The notes under the pieces are model-generated. The model worked only from the letters and a program-made list of their open reading frames with translations. It made no database searches and was not told where the DNA came from. The position numbers and the translations under genes are program-made. 64,000 nt of DNA from Amoebidium appalachense (taxonomy: Eukaryota; Protista; Ichthyosporea), in NCBI GenBank assembly GCA_963693365.1, contig CAVNZM010000005.1, forward strand, positions 3,595,716 through 3,659,715. The letters run 5' to 3'. Positions 12,224 to 29,018 of this stretch are shown here, piece after piece (within the stretch, counting starts at the first letter, position 1; every line of letters begins with the position of its first letter).

Positions 12224-13717
12224 TTATGCAAAAGTCTCAAAAGTACTTGCGTCCAGGACTATCTCACGGATAGAACACAGTGTTCCAGCCACCCCCACCA
12301 CCACCCCCAGCGCCAACGTTACCCAGCACGTGCCCTTGGCAAAGCATCCAATCGTGCGCCGATAATAGGTGAGATAAAGGGCCGGTGGGAGGACAAAAGA
12401 TAGGGGGGTTAAGCCCAAAGCGCCAAATAAGGCCATGACATCACCGAAAAAGGGAAGCGCAATGGCGACAAACCCGGTTAGAGCGATAAACGTGAAACGA
12501 ATCGACGTGCGGATTAGCCTGAAGTGGCGTGTGAACGTGCCGGGTGACATGGCCTTTGAAATGAGTCCCTCGAGGGATCCATATATGGGCATAGCGAGCA
12601 CCTGGTATGCAATGACCACGTGGATGACCACCAGCACCTGCGCTATAATTAGAAATGTTCTCACCAGTGAAGAGGTGTCGGCTGCCTCGATGCTCTTTAG
12701 GATGTTGGCCTGTACGTCACGGCCAAACGCCCAGTACCCGGCAACCGCGCTGCTGAAATACAACATGAGAACAAGCAGCCAAGACACACTCACACCTTTA
12801 ATGTTCTCTGTTTCCGGCGACGGGTGGGAACGAAGTGTCGCTTGGATCTCGGGGAGAACAGAGTGGCAGCCGAAAGCAAAAGCCACAACCGAAATTCCGG
12901 TAAATGTTTCGAAAACCTTGTTCGTCAGACTGTTGTCCTCTAGCCCGTACTGAACGCCTTCTTGTTGGCCCAAGTGAATGCAGAGTGACACAGATATCAC
13001 GCAGTAGCCGAGACTTGCAGTCGCCGCCAGCGCAGAAATGAACGAGACACTTTCTAAAGATGGAAAGAAGCAAAGAAGAAGTTCCAACACCGCAACAGCC
13101 AACGTTAACATATATTGGCGGATAGGTGCACAGTCCGTACAGTTGAACTTGTACAGGCCGTTAATGGTCTCGCCCGCTGCGATTAAGTATGCTATGCACG
13201 AGCCCATGAGGACGATGTACTGGAATGGTACAACCAAAAACAACGTTTTCGTCTTTCCAAAAACGTACTCCCCGACTTCGTAGTACGTATTCAGGCGTCT
13301 CCTGGAATCATTGCTCTGTGCGTTCACCTTCGTGAAGTGCATTTTCGAAAGCAGTAATGCCGTAAAGTAGCTGGCGAAATACATCATGCCCATGACAATC
13401 AACCCAGGAATCCAGGTCAACTGTGACATTGCATGCGGTAGACCAAGCACCCCCGTGCCGATGATCACAGTAGTGATATGGAACGCGCTGTGGTACCATC
13501 TGCCCTGAGGCCCACTACCATCACCTGCGTTGGCGAAATTCAAGGCCTGCTCGGGTGTGTTGTAATCACTCTGGATACCCGACACATCGTGGGTGTTGGT
13601 GCCTGCGAGGGAGGGGCCTACTTCTGTGTCCTTTTTTAAACGTGGAGGATTCAGCTCGGCCATACCCATGGCCTGTGCGTCGGCAAGTAAACCTTGTTTG
13701 TCCTGTGGCCTAACCAT
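12224..13717 (-). CDS. Amino acid/auxin permease (AAAP, Aa_trans) family transporter, LHT/GAT-like, intronless CDS
   Basis: Motifs GRWYHSAFHITTVIIGTGVLGLPHAMSQLTW, FAFGCHSVLPEIQATL, GYWAFG and PFFGDVMALFGALGLTPLSFVLP, with many hydrophobic segments. The listed ORF begins at a TTG (13888); the first in-frame ATG is at 13717 (MVRPQ). Confidence 0.92.
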   Translation of the reverse strand: MVRPQDKQGLLADAQAMGMAELNPPRLKKDTEVGPSLAGTNTHDVSGIQSDYNTPEQALNFANAGDGSGPQGRWYHSAFHITTVIIGTGVLGLPHAMSQLTWIPGLIVMGMMYFASYFTALLLSKMHFTKVNAQSNDSRRRLNTYYEVGEYVFGKTKTLFLVVPFQYIVLMGSCIAYLIAAGETINGLYKFNCTDCAPIRQYMLTLAVAVLELLLCFFPSLESVSFISALAATASLGYCVISVSLCIHLGQQEGVQYGLEDNSLTNKVFETFTGISVVAFAFGCHSVLPEIQATLRSHPSPETENIKGVSVSWLLVLMLYFSSAVAGYWAFGRDVQANILKSIEAADTSSLVRTFLIIAQVLVVIHVVIAYQVLAMPIYGSLEGLISKAMSPGTFTRHFRLIRTSIRFTFIALTGFVAIALPFFGDVMALFGALGLTPLSFVLPPALYLTYYRRTIGCFAKGTCWVTLALGVVVGVAGTLCSIREIVLDASTFETFA

Positions 13718-14779
13718 GGTGAATGTGGAATCAAACAAACCGAGAGGTGTGTGCAAGTAGGAGGGGTATGAATGGGGTTGATGTTGGAAAACACGTTCGT
13801 GCTCGAGTGGGAGTGAATCGTCGGCAGAGCTGTGTAGGTAGAAAAACAATAGAGGCGTGAGGTGTTGGTGTTCAGATGAAGCATCCAAAGCAGGGCCAGA
13901 AAGGAACGACCGCAGCAGGTACTGCCCACTGCTCTAAGAAGAAGGATTTTTACCTACTACACTCTGAAGAGAATAGAATAGAAGTGGAATAGTAAAACCC
14001 ATTTCTATGACATACAAAGTGCCTTTTTGGCAACTTGTCCCATCCCAGGGCAATCTTTTGGCCTGGAGGTAATCCGAGGTATTTGGGGCTGATAAGCGAG
14101 GCGCATTATCATTGGTTACAATATTTTTATCACGCGAAACACACAGCCTATCAGATGACTTAGAAAATTCACCCTAGCTGAGAAAGAATCTCAAACTGTA
14201 ATTTGCAATTAGCGTTAGTGAATCACTACTGATAAATTACAGAACAATAAAAGCACCCCTAAAGGTATATGAGGAATGTAGGCACACAGTGTAGGCTCTG
14301 TTGTGCTTGCCCGTTTGGACGATCGCGAAAGCGAAAAAACGAAAAACGAAGAGCGAGCTTCAAGAATCGTCGGGTATCCTGCCATCCGCAGCCATTTACA
14401 GCCATCCACAGTTGTTTTACATTTCGGTATCCTAATCAAACTGAAAAAAAAAATATCCAAGTATCCTGGGTTGTGTAAGGTAGTGGCATACCGGTCGAAG
14501 TCGTGTAGTGACAGGCGTAGGGGAGAAAACGAGAGTGAGCAAATAAAGGAAAAGAAAGTCAATCGTTTGGCAGTTAATGAGTGCGGTTTAAGATACAGAA
14601 CCAGGATTGTCTTTTTAGTGTACGATCTATGGCTACAGTTTGTTCCAGGCTTCATCCTTGGTTCAGGTTTTTTCTTCCCATTCTCGGTGGTATATAGCAG
14701 GGGTGGGGTGTGAATGTTTTTTTCTGCATGCCTCTGGTGTCACTGTCATCATCCTTAACTTTCAAAGTACACATCGGAG

Positions 14780-19133
<4,354 letters not shown>

Positions 19134-20300
19134 AAAGGTACTGGGCCGATGATTTAGCTTTCACTCACTTCTTACTTTTTTGGTTTATTCTGTTGGAGGG
19201 TGGTGGTGGTGGTGGTGGTGTGGGTTTTGGGGGGGGCAATCTTGTGTCTTTGCTCTGGAATGGTTTTTCTTTTTCGGCAAAAGATCTGTCGGACAATGTT
19301 TTCAAGCCTCTATATATGGTCGCCCCTGCTTTTCCATTGCGGCTGCAGTAACTCAAACATATCAGTCTAGGGAGATGTTCCCCCCGTCAGTTCAATGCCC
19401 TGACACATGTTATACGAACGTGCATATCACACTTGGTTTGTGTGGTCGGAATGTAATGTACATACACAGCTTTTCAGGCTGGCCTTGCTTTGGCCATTTT
19501 GCTCTACTGCGAATGAACAATGCAACCACACAAGTAAAGAAGGATTTCTCTCTGAATACGTCACAGTGTTCTGGTGACGGTATTTGGCCGGTATAATAAG
19601 GTTGGTGTGGCATCAATGTGCAAATAAAAGAGTACACTGTATGTCAATACTTCCATCAGCGCAGATGTGTGATTCATGCGCACATCTTGTGTTATCATTC
19701 CGAGATGCACCTCAGCGGCTGTTTTTTTTCATGGGTGAGCAGTGCACGTGTCTTAAATACACAGACCGAGGGTGCACACAAAAACACACATGTCCGTAAC
19801 CACGTGCGTACAGGTGGCGCCAGCGCTACCAGGTATCACAGTGTCTCAGAGAAAACTTAGTCATGCCAGCAACCGGGGAGGAGGGATGGTTTCGGTTCTG
19901 GGTTCGTGATTTGAAAGAGGATGTTGGCATGAGAAGGCGAGGGGTGTCATAAGTGTTTGTACATAGGCTTGAGCAACATGATGGCGTCCGACACGAACAA
20001 CATGTGCCAAATCTGCACCGAGTGGTATGCACTGAGCAAGCAGTTATTCATTTTGTGTGTGTGAGTTTTGGTGGTGTCCGTTTGTGTGTGTGTGTGTATG
20101 TACAAAAATTAGGTGTCGACGCCCAGGCTGGTGTGTACTGCCCGAGCAGTCATTCATATTGTGTGTGCGCGCGTGTGTGTCGTTGGAAGTGGTGTGTGTG
20201 GTGGTGATGATGGGGGCCAGGAGGGGGGTTTGATTTTGCTGGAACTAAGGGGCCCAAGGGCACACACACACACGGATAACCAGGCATCTAGGGAGCACAT

Positions 20301-20602
20301 TTACTTGGCCTCCTTTCTGAGCTTGGCGGCGGCCTGGTTGAGGATGGCCGAGCGCTTCTTCCTCAGCACCATGACCTTGAACCGGTCAAAGTCAGTGAGG
20401 GAGGCCCGGGCCTTGCGGGTGGCCAGCTTCTTGGCCCAGGCACTCTTCTCCCACTTGGCCGCAATCTCAGCCTTCTCAAAGGCCTTCTTGACGTGCCCAC
20501 TGCGGGTCGACCGGGTGATCTCCACAGTGTAGTCCGTCAGCGACATGCGCTTGAACGGGAGAACCTGGCGCTTGACACCAGAACTGGCGCCATCAACGAG
20601 GG

Positions 20603-20639
<37 letters not shown>

Positions 20640-22918
20640 AGTGATAAAGGCACACATAGTTAGAAAGGTGGTTTGTGTGTGTGTGTGTGTGTGTGCACTT
20701 ATTACCAGCTCTCTTGTTGGTGTCTTTGGTGGAGTGGGGGGGGGGGGGGGGGGGGGAAAGGAGGGAGAGGGAGACGCCCAAAACAATGGAGGGTAAAGCT
20801 AACATGTGTGCGTACAGAACACACATACGTATGTAAACGATTTCCGCAAAGGCCATACAACACCAATATTACAGTTAAGCAAAAACCAACCCAACCCCTC
20901 GAGCAGGGGACAAAAACCAAGAAACCGATTTGGGCATCAAAAGTGTTGGCAGGTCATATACAAAATGATACACAAGCCTTGTATAACACACCAAATGTGC
21001 TGACAGATCTGGAGCACATAGAGTGCTCATATATACACGTGATGGTTGGCGCTAAATACCATGCTTAAAAACATCTGACACATACAGAGCTGATACATGG
21101 GGTGTCTGTGGAAGTACCTACAGTGCTGATACCAGTAACATGGATGACACACCTATGATATATATGTGTGTGCGTGCATGAAGGGCCGATACAAGTGACA
21201 TGGATGAAAAACCTATGATGGGTGTGTGCACGTGCTGGAATACCTGCAGTACTTTGCACACACGTGACATACATACAGCCAGCTATGCACATGTGATGGT
21301 TGGTATACCCACGGTAATTATACACGTGTGTGCTATCCTTGCATGTGTGTATGCGCACGTGCATGCTCAGGTGTGTTGCTGTAGGCAGAAATGCAGGGAG
21401 CAGTATATGATTGCTTGTGGGGCAGTATTCTTCAAAAAAAACCCCATTGGCAAACAGCATAAAAGGCTGTAGGTGTTCTAACAGGTGCATGTGCATGTGT
21501 TGTGACAGGTGCACACAAAGAAACAGAGGTACAGATGTAATGAGCAGGACCAAAGCTAAGTCCACGATATCAGGACGTGTGTAGGCAAAGGTGTGCATTT
21601 CTGCTGACAAACAACAGAACATAAGGGGACCCCAGACCTAGTCTGAAAGGAGTCAGCCCCTCGTTTCCCTCCCGTGAAAAAAACCCTCTTTTGTGACAAA
21701 GTACATCAGTCTCGTGAATAGGGGTTAACTGTAAATAATGCCTGTGCAAATGACGTGTTTCAGATGCAAGACGTGGTCTGCATGCTTAGCGAGCAGCGCA
21801 AGTGTGTGATTCGGTCGTTAGCTACATGTTGTTGGCCTGCATAAATCTTTAACCAGGTGCTGATCTGTGTGTGTATGCTTGTTTCGTGTGTGCAAGTTTA
21901 CCGAGCAAAAGTTTAAATATGTTGCATTTCGCGTACTCTGTAAACGGCAGGCATAGCGAGCAGTGCATGTGTGCACGCTTTTGATGCTTGCTACGTAAAG
22001 TAAGTGTGCTGAAGCCCATAATAGATGTAGTTTGTGCATGTATGCTTGTTCAGTGTCAGATGTAACTTCTGTGGCGAATTCCACGCATGCTTTGTAGCAG
22101 GCGTGGAATGAGCCACGGAAGTCACATCGGTCGTGACGTGCAGACCTGTAGGTGCGTGCGTGCTTGGTGCACTCGGAAAACAAGCAGTCTGGCATATGCT
22201 CACAAGTGTGTATGTGTGTGTTGTTCCTCCCTCCCAGCCTGCCCACACATACCCGGGTCTCGTCGAGCACGTCCACAATGACGCAGAGCTTGCCCGAGTC
22301 AGGGCCGTAGTTGACCAGGGCAACGCGCCCGATCTCAACAAAGCGCTTGAACACCTGCAGTGTGGCAATGTCAAAACGTGTATGTGGAAATGACAAGTGT
22401 AAGCTCGAACAGTGGCTGGTAAACGAGAGGGCTACAGTGATAGATGATGAGAGTCCAGGGAAAGATATACACAGGTCCTAGTTGACCTGCAATCCCTCCT
22501 TTTTCTTTGGTATGTCTATGCAGGAGATCCTCAACGAGTCAGCTGTGATGGCCGTCTGGTAAACCTAACTTCCCCGCGCACTGCGCCCTGTATGTGCGCT
22601 TTTTTCACCGTCCTGTCTGAGGCCCACACTAGCAAAGTATAGAAATATGTATCGCAAATTCCACGTAGCTGAAAACTCCCGCCTGCGTGCGCATCTGCAC
22701 ATGACCCATCTAAGCATGGGAATGTTCCGGAACGATCGATCTTAGGGCCGGTCTGCATCTTCGGCCTTCGCTGAAGAGATGCCTATACCCTACATTCAAA
22801 ATGACCGCAAAAAACCTTCCAATATACCAAAAATATGATACAGCTCGTTGAATAAAGCTAGGATGTGCCGGGATTCTCGCTTGCTGATGGGATTCTCCGG
22901 CGATTGGACTCGTACCAT
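20301..22918 (-). CDS. RPL14: 60S ribosomal protein L14 (eL14)
   Basis: Exons 22918-22916 (ATG only, context AAAATG|GTACG), 22354-22253 and 20603-20301. Protein: [40 protein letters not shown]...[16 protein letters not shown]. Confidence 0.96.
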
Positions 22919-23262
22919 TTTCGTGGTTTACAAAGCCCTGGGTAAGAGAAGTGAAACAACGGCACATGAACAAAGGTAAACCCTCTGACCCCCCTTGCAA
23001 GATTCGCAGCCGGTCAAAATTTCTGAGAATAGATCTATTGCATTTGCGCAAAACGTGATCGAATAGATTTAGTGAACCAATTACATGCCACAACTTTCAG
23101 AATTGTCCGAAATTAGGTCCTAGCTTTCTAATTTGCATCCAAATTTCTTCAATGCCCCCCTTGTTGCCGCCCAAACAGTCCAGACGTAAAACAGCACGAT
23201 GTCTCGTTTCAACCTTCTTTCCAGCTCTAGGGTCTCGCCCCATAGCCGAAGCTACTTGCAAA
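22919..23262. promoter_or_regulatory. Bidirectional promoter region between RPL14 and RPL5
   Basis: 344 bp separate the divergent ATGs. Pyrimidine tracts precede each 5' UTR (CCTTCTTTCC at ~23213-23222 on +; TTTCACTTCTCTT at ~22944-22956 on -). Confidence 0.65.
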
Positions 23263-26200
23263 ATGGTTAGTTTTTAGACCCGAAGAAACATGTAGACAGC
23301 TGTAGGAAAAGCGTAGTATTGCCAAACAACCGACATTATTTACCTAGCACCCGATACACAATGGATTTCCTCGGATGTTTCGTGATACAACTTCCAACGA
23401 AGTCTGGTTAGTGCAGTCTTTAGCTGTAGGTAGAGCGACCATGGCTTGTATCGAGTCCCATCACCTTGCATCCGAGCCCATCCAGGTCGTTTCTTGGCTC
23501 TGACAGAGATTTGCGCTGCCACAGGGGTTCGTTAAGGTTGTCAAGAACAAGGCGTACTTCAAGCGGTACCAGGTCAAGTACCGTCGTCGCCGCGGTACGT
23601 ATCCAACAGGGATTCTACGATGCTGCTCTGGCAGGCAGACACTGTTGTACCAGACGGGACTTTCGTTATTTTATACATCACCATTTCCACGTTACAGACT
23701 TCCCTGCAAACGAGCAGAGCATCGACCTCGGTCAATGGTGCATTTTTTGCTCTATTTGCGGGGTAGAGTGAACCCGACACTGGAAGCCAGTTGGGTTGAG
23801 GGCAGGAAACTGAACTCCCCGATGAGCTGAAGGTGTTTGGGGGGTGCTATATTTCAGTTCACTCCTGCTACCCGATGGGTCATGGCAGGTTGGGAAAAAC
23901 CATAGCACCTACATTACATGTTTCGTAACTTATGAATGCAGCATGGCAAAGGTGTTGGTTGTGTGAACATGTCCTTTTACTAGTTGTATTCTAACAGGCA
24001 CACTTCAGCTGTTTACTACACCCACATGCATCTTCATTGGAAGATGAAAGACGGCGATTTTTGCTGGGGTGCTTTTATTGCTTGCGTCTTGGTCCTGGAA
24101 AACGAGTGGAGCACCTGACTTCGGTCCCGTGGTGTACTTTCTACTCTATATCCAGGTAGAGTAACCTAGCAGGTACCGGTGGTTGGGTTGAGGGCAGGCT
24201 TGCCTGAACTCCCCTTCCGTCGGTGTTTAGGGCGGGGCTACTATATTTCAGTTCACTCTCGCTACCCAATGGAGCATGGCGAGTTGGGAAAAACCATAGT
24301 GGCTACATTTTTTTCTTTTTTACCATTCAAATTGTACAAGGTTTTGCTGAAATCCGGCTTAGTCACTTACAGTATTCCTCCCCGCCCCCCCCTCTTTTTT
24401 CCCCTGCCCTCGTTCCCCGTATCCTTTTTTGTACACTCCTCATCTTCTTGTATCCCTTTCTCTCTTTTTCCCGAATTCCTTCTTTCCACCATGCAGAGGG
24501 TAAGACCGACTTCTATGCCCGCCGCAAGCTTGTCACCCAGGACAAGAACAAGTACAACACCCCCAAGTACCGTCTGGTCGTTCGTTTCACGAACAAGGAC
24601 ATTGTTGCACAGGTATGTTTACGTGCAGTTTGGTGGTGGCATGGGTGTCCGAGGCAAATGTGTAGTGGGTTGGAAGAGTAGGTGAATGTGCATGGGTGTT
24701 GGCGGTTTTTTTTGGGGGGGGGGGGGGGTCGTGTGTGTGTGTCTGGGAGGCTCTAATGTGCTTGCGCTTCTGCATACACCGTTATGTATGCACAGACACG
24801 TGCTTCGGGCTCCAACGCTTGGGCAATACTGATTTGTTCACGCACATCTGCCATCCGTGGATGCCTTCAAGGCCTCTAACCCCTGAATACACACGAAGGC
24901 ACACAATTGCCTACGCTTCATGTTAGCTGCTGAGGACAGCGAAGAATGATGATACATCGTCTGTTGAGGATGATGTTGCGTGTAGGGTATGGATATTGCA
25001 GCAAGAGGTTGGGTTTTGTGTGGCTTTTTTCTGCAAGTGGGATTACACACTACAGTAAATTGCCTAAATCGGCCACCGTGTTAATTCCGAATGGCCACCT
25101 TTACAATTCAATCGCTAAGTATCGCAAGAATCGCGCTAGCCTAAAGTGTAGGGTACCTCTAGAAAGCTTAAGACTGAGGAATCCGGACTGCCAGTTTGGC
25201 CGAATCCGACTGATTTCCGCCTAGGGTGGCCTATTTACCACAGATCACCACCAAATTCATCATCGGCGTCGCAAGCAAAAAAACATACATATATGCAACT
25301 CTACATATATACATGCTTAGTAGAATTAAAAGATCTAGCATTTTTCTTATTTAGTGATTTTTGTTTTCTTTTTCATATAATATACTTCTATAGTTCTCTA
25401 GTCACCGCCCGTACATGGTGCGAAAGGGTGGCCGATTTAGGCAATTTACTGTACTTGTCATTATCGGTTTTTGTCAGCATTGCCACTTGTGGGGCTTCTG
25501 TTTTGCGGATTATGTATATGCGGATTTTTACCTCTTCACTCCCATCCCTAACAAACACTGTGTGTGCAGGTAGCGTATGCCAAGATCGAGGGCGACCACA
25601 TTCTCGCTGCGGCCTATGCGCACGAGCTGCCCCGCTATGGCATCAAGGTCGGGCTGACCAACTATGCCGCTGGCTACGCCACGGGCCTGCTTCTGGCCCG
25701 CCGCGTGCTGACCAAGCTCGGGCTTGCCGACACGTACCAGGGCAATGAGGAGGCTGCCAAGCCCACCGAGGCCGGTGGTCTGTACCACGTGGAGGAGGCC
25801 ATGGATGGCCCCCGCCCCTTCCGCTGCTTCCTCGATGTGGGTCTGGTGCGCACCAGCACCGGTGCCAAGGTCTTCGGTGTCATGAAGGGCGCCGTCGACG
25901 GTGGCCTGGACATCCCCCACAACGAGAAGCGCTTCCCTGGCTACACCAAGGAGACCCCCAACGAGTACGTTGAGGTTCGTATTCCTGTACCCGCTCTTGC
26001 TTATGTTCTGGTCTTCAAGCTTGTTTGGAGGGAAATCAAGCAAGCGTTGTTTCCCCACATTTACTTCGAAAGCATTTTATGATATAATGTTTAACGATGT
26101 GTTGAATACCGGAAGCCAAATCTCCTCACCCATCTACCCTATGGCCGTTGACTCAATCATTCCTTCTGATGCGTTCTGCTTCTGATATTTTTAACGCTCT

Positions 26201-26697
26201 TGCGCAGCTGCCTTTTGGGGGGGGGGGGGAGGATGTTCGGATTGTCTTACCTTCCGTTCCTTTAGAACTTATGACATCTAGCCCTGAGTTTAGTCTGACA
26301 AGACCCAACCGCATTGTCTGGCACTGCCGGTGTCGGTATAGAGCCTAAAGTTGCTAACCAACGCCTTGATCCACAGATGCTCCAGAGTTACTGCGTGGGT
26401 GGCCACATCTCCGAGTTCATGGAGGAGCTGCAGGAGGAGGACGAGGACCGCTACAAGAAGCAGTTCAGCGCCTACATCAAGGAGGGCATCACGGCCGACA
26501 AGATGGAGGACATGTACCGCGACGCACACGAGGCCATCCGCGCCGACCCCATGCCCAAGAAGGAGGAGAAGAAGGACGTGCAGAAGGCCAAGAAGTTCCA
26601 CAAGACCAAGCTGTCCTACGCCCAGCGCAAGGACCGCCTGCGCCAGCGCCAGGCAAACTTCCTGGCCAAGCTGGCCAAGGAGGGCGCCGACGAATAA
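23263..26697 (+). CDS. RPL5: 60S ribosomal protein L5 (uL18)
   Basis: Exons 23263-23265, 23525-23594, 24497-24612, 25570-25974 and 26377-26697. Protein: [63 protein letters not shown]...[20 protein letters not shown]. Confidence 0.97.
23701..23916 (+). ncRNA. SNORA73: U17/snR30 (SNORA73) box H/ACA snoRNA, copy 1, in RPL5 intron 2
   Basis: 5' hairpin CCCTGCAAA...TTTGCGGGG, an H-box-like AGAGTG, and a 3' hairpin closed by GGTGCTA/TAGCACC. The 3' hairpin carries an m1-like ATATTTC (23849) and m2 AAACCAT (23897), with ACA at 23911. Length ~215 nt. Confidence 0.8.
24093..24310 (+). ncRNA. SNORA73: U17/snR30 (SNORA73) box H/ACA snoRNA, copy 2, in RPL5 intron 2
   Basis: 5' hairpin CCTGGA...TCCAGG, H box AGAGTA, and a 3' hairpin closed by GCTACTA/TAGTGGC. 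It has m1-like ATATTTC (24243), m2 AAACCAT (24291) and ACA at 24305. Stem changes relative to copy 1 are compensatory. Confidence 0.82.
25053..25451. mobile_element. Tc1/mariner-pogo type MITE (399 bp) in RPL5 intron 3
   Basis: Perfect 25-bp TIR CAGTAAATTGCCTAAATCGGCCACC (25053-25077 and 25427-25451), TA duplication on both sides, no internal ORF. Confidence 0.9.
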
Positions 26698-27533
26698 ACA
26701 CTGCCTCCCCTCTAATACCTGTCTCTTGCATGTGTCGGCCACATGGTCTCTCTGCACATTTTGCCTGTCCGGTTCTAATGTGATAGAGCAAACTTTCACG
26801 TACAGTGCACAACATAAGTTCCTCGGATCCGTGTATCCCCACCCCCCTCTTCCCCCCCCCCCCCCCCCAACACACACACACACACACACAGACACACATG
26901 GCCATGACTATCACACACACGGACTGCCACCCTTACCGTGGGCATATCATATCACACACCGTGCAGTAACTTTGTATATATTGACCATGATATGCACGAC
27001 TTGTCATGGTGGTAGACCCTTGGCATCCAGGAACCATATATGGATTTGGTTCTCGAAACCAAGCGAACTTTATTTTCCGCATTATGTCAAGGAGCTGCAC
27101 AACCACATTAGATCGCCGCCCCCGCAGCTATAGCATATAAAACAGTTGCACTTTCTTCCGTATTCTGACATCTACCATCGTCACTGGCTATACATCACCT
27201 ACATTATTGAGACACGAGCATGAATGCAACGCGTGCTCCCCCTATAGTTGATAAGATTATATAACCCCATGACCTTCCTGACGAAACTCCACAACCGATT
27301 CCGATTAGCCATTCAGTGTGAAAGCCATTGTGTTATCTGGGATCAGCCAGCAAAATCAACAACACATACCAAGTGTGCACGTCGGATCATATTTTCGACA
27401 AACCGGCCACTCTGTCAGGCATAATGTCCATGCATATGTGAGATTCCAGGTCCGACGTTCTTTGCATGTTCCTTGAATGCGTGGGTGAGATGCAAATGCA
27501 TGGGGCAGCATATGTTCATAAACTTGTGGGATT

Positions 27534-27626
27534 CTAGTAGGTGAGCAAGTCGATGGCCTCTTGAAGGTTCTTCACGGCAGTCGGAATGTCGTCGTACTGC
27601 AGTGGGGAATGAAACTTAATAACTTC

Positions 27627-27666
<40 letters not shown>

Positions 27667-28341
27667 ATGACGTGGGCCCCCCTGAGGATGGGCTCTGCTT
27701 ATTATGCATACTCTTTATGTATGGCTTGCATTCTGCATCGTGTTATCCGTTTGTTCTTGTGTACTTTGTACTCTTTGACGCATTCAAACCCCCCCCCCCC
27801 ACACACACCCACACACACAACAAAAAAAAAAAAAAACCACCACCACCACGTGAATTTCACGCAAGGCATTCGGCCTACCCATCCACCTACCTCCCACAGG
27901 CTTACAACCCACACAGCTGGTGCGACCAAATCAAAAAACAAAAATAATCTTGGACACGTCTACATCAACCCGCCTATCCACCTATTATCCACACACCCAA
28001 TCCTACACACCCGCACAAAACTCCTGCACAGAAAAATTCACATACTGTGACAAAACACGACGAAACATAGTGTCAGCTGGCTGTAGCCACACACTCAAAC
28101 ACGCTTAACCCATCCCCTGCCCAAGAAATACACACATCCACGCGTTCGTGCCACACTCACACGCAGGCCCAAACACACAGCAAATACACACACAGGACGA
28201 AAATGCAAGCACGTAAACAGCAAATGATATACGTACATGACGAAAAAACGTGTGTCAAACTCACAGCACATACATCCACAAGATGGACACACACACACAC
28301 ACACATAGCACATCCATACACAGGAGGCAAAAACCCAGGGA

Positions 28342-28375
<34 letters not shown>

Positions 28376-28987
28376 CACAAACATACACACGAGGAACACA
28401 CACACACACACACACACACACACCCGCCCACACACACACACACAGACACACATACACACACACACACACCTGCAGGGAGCTCATGACAAAGCGGCACAGC
28501 TTGTTGACCCTCTTGACGTCCTCATCGCTCACATTTTCCATGTTCTTGGGGGTGCGCCCTGCACCACCCCCTAAACGGATGGGCTGTGTGTGTGTGTGTG
28601 CGTGTGTGTGTGTGTGTGCGCGACGCGCGTGGTGGCGCACATGTGTATGGGTGTTTGTGTGTGTGGGTGTTAGTGTGTGTGTGTGTGTGCACGCGCACAC
28701 GCACTTGTGTGTCATATGTGTGTGTGTTTGCCTGTTTTTTTCGCGTGTGTGCGCACATGCCTGGGTACATGTGTATTTTAGCCGTGAAGATGTGCATGTG
28801 TCCATGATGCAATAGTGGTGGTGTGAGATGCAATCGGCACCACTATTTGCATTAGACATGCTTCACATCAAAATACCGACACGTACATGTGTTTGCTTTC
28901 GCGTGCTTGCTGCCAGTCTGGTCATAGTCCCTATCACTCAATCCCATCCTAAGCACTCCAGTCAAGCCCCCCCCCCCCCCTCCCCCC

Positions 28988-29018
<31 letters not shown>

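Noticed and set aside
21651-21733. Imperfect 11-bp inverted repeat AGTCAGCCCCT/AGGGGTTAACT in an RPL14 intron
   Set aside because: Possibly a decayed pogo-type MITE, but it has mismatches and lacks the left TA. Evidence is insufficient.
24948-25000. ATGATGA C-box in RPL5 intron 3 (and a CTGA near 26166 in intron 4)
   Set aside because: No convincing paired D or C box with a terminal stem and a recognisable rRNA guide. A snoRNA scan would be needed.
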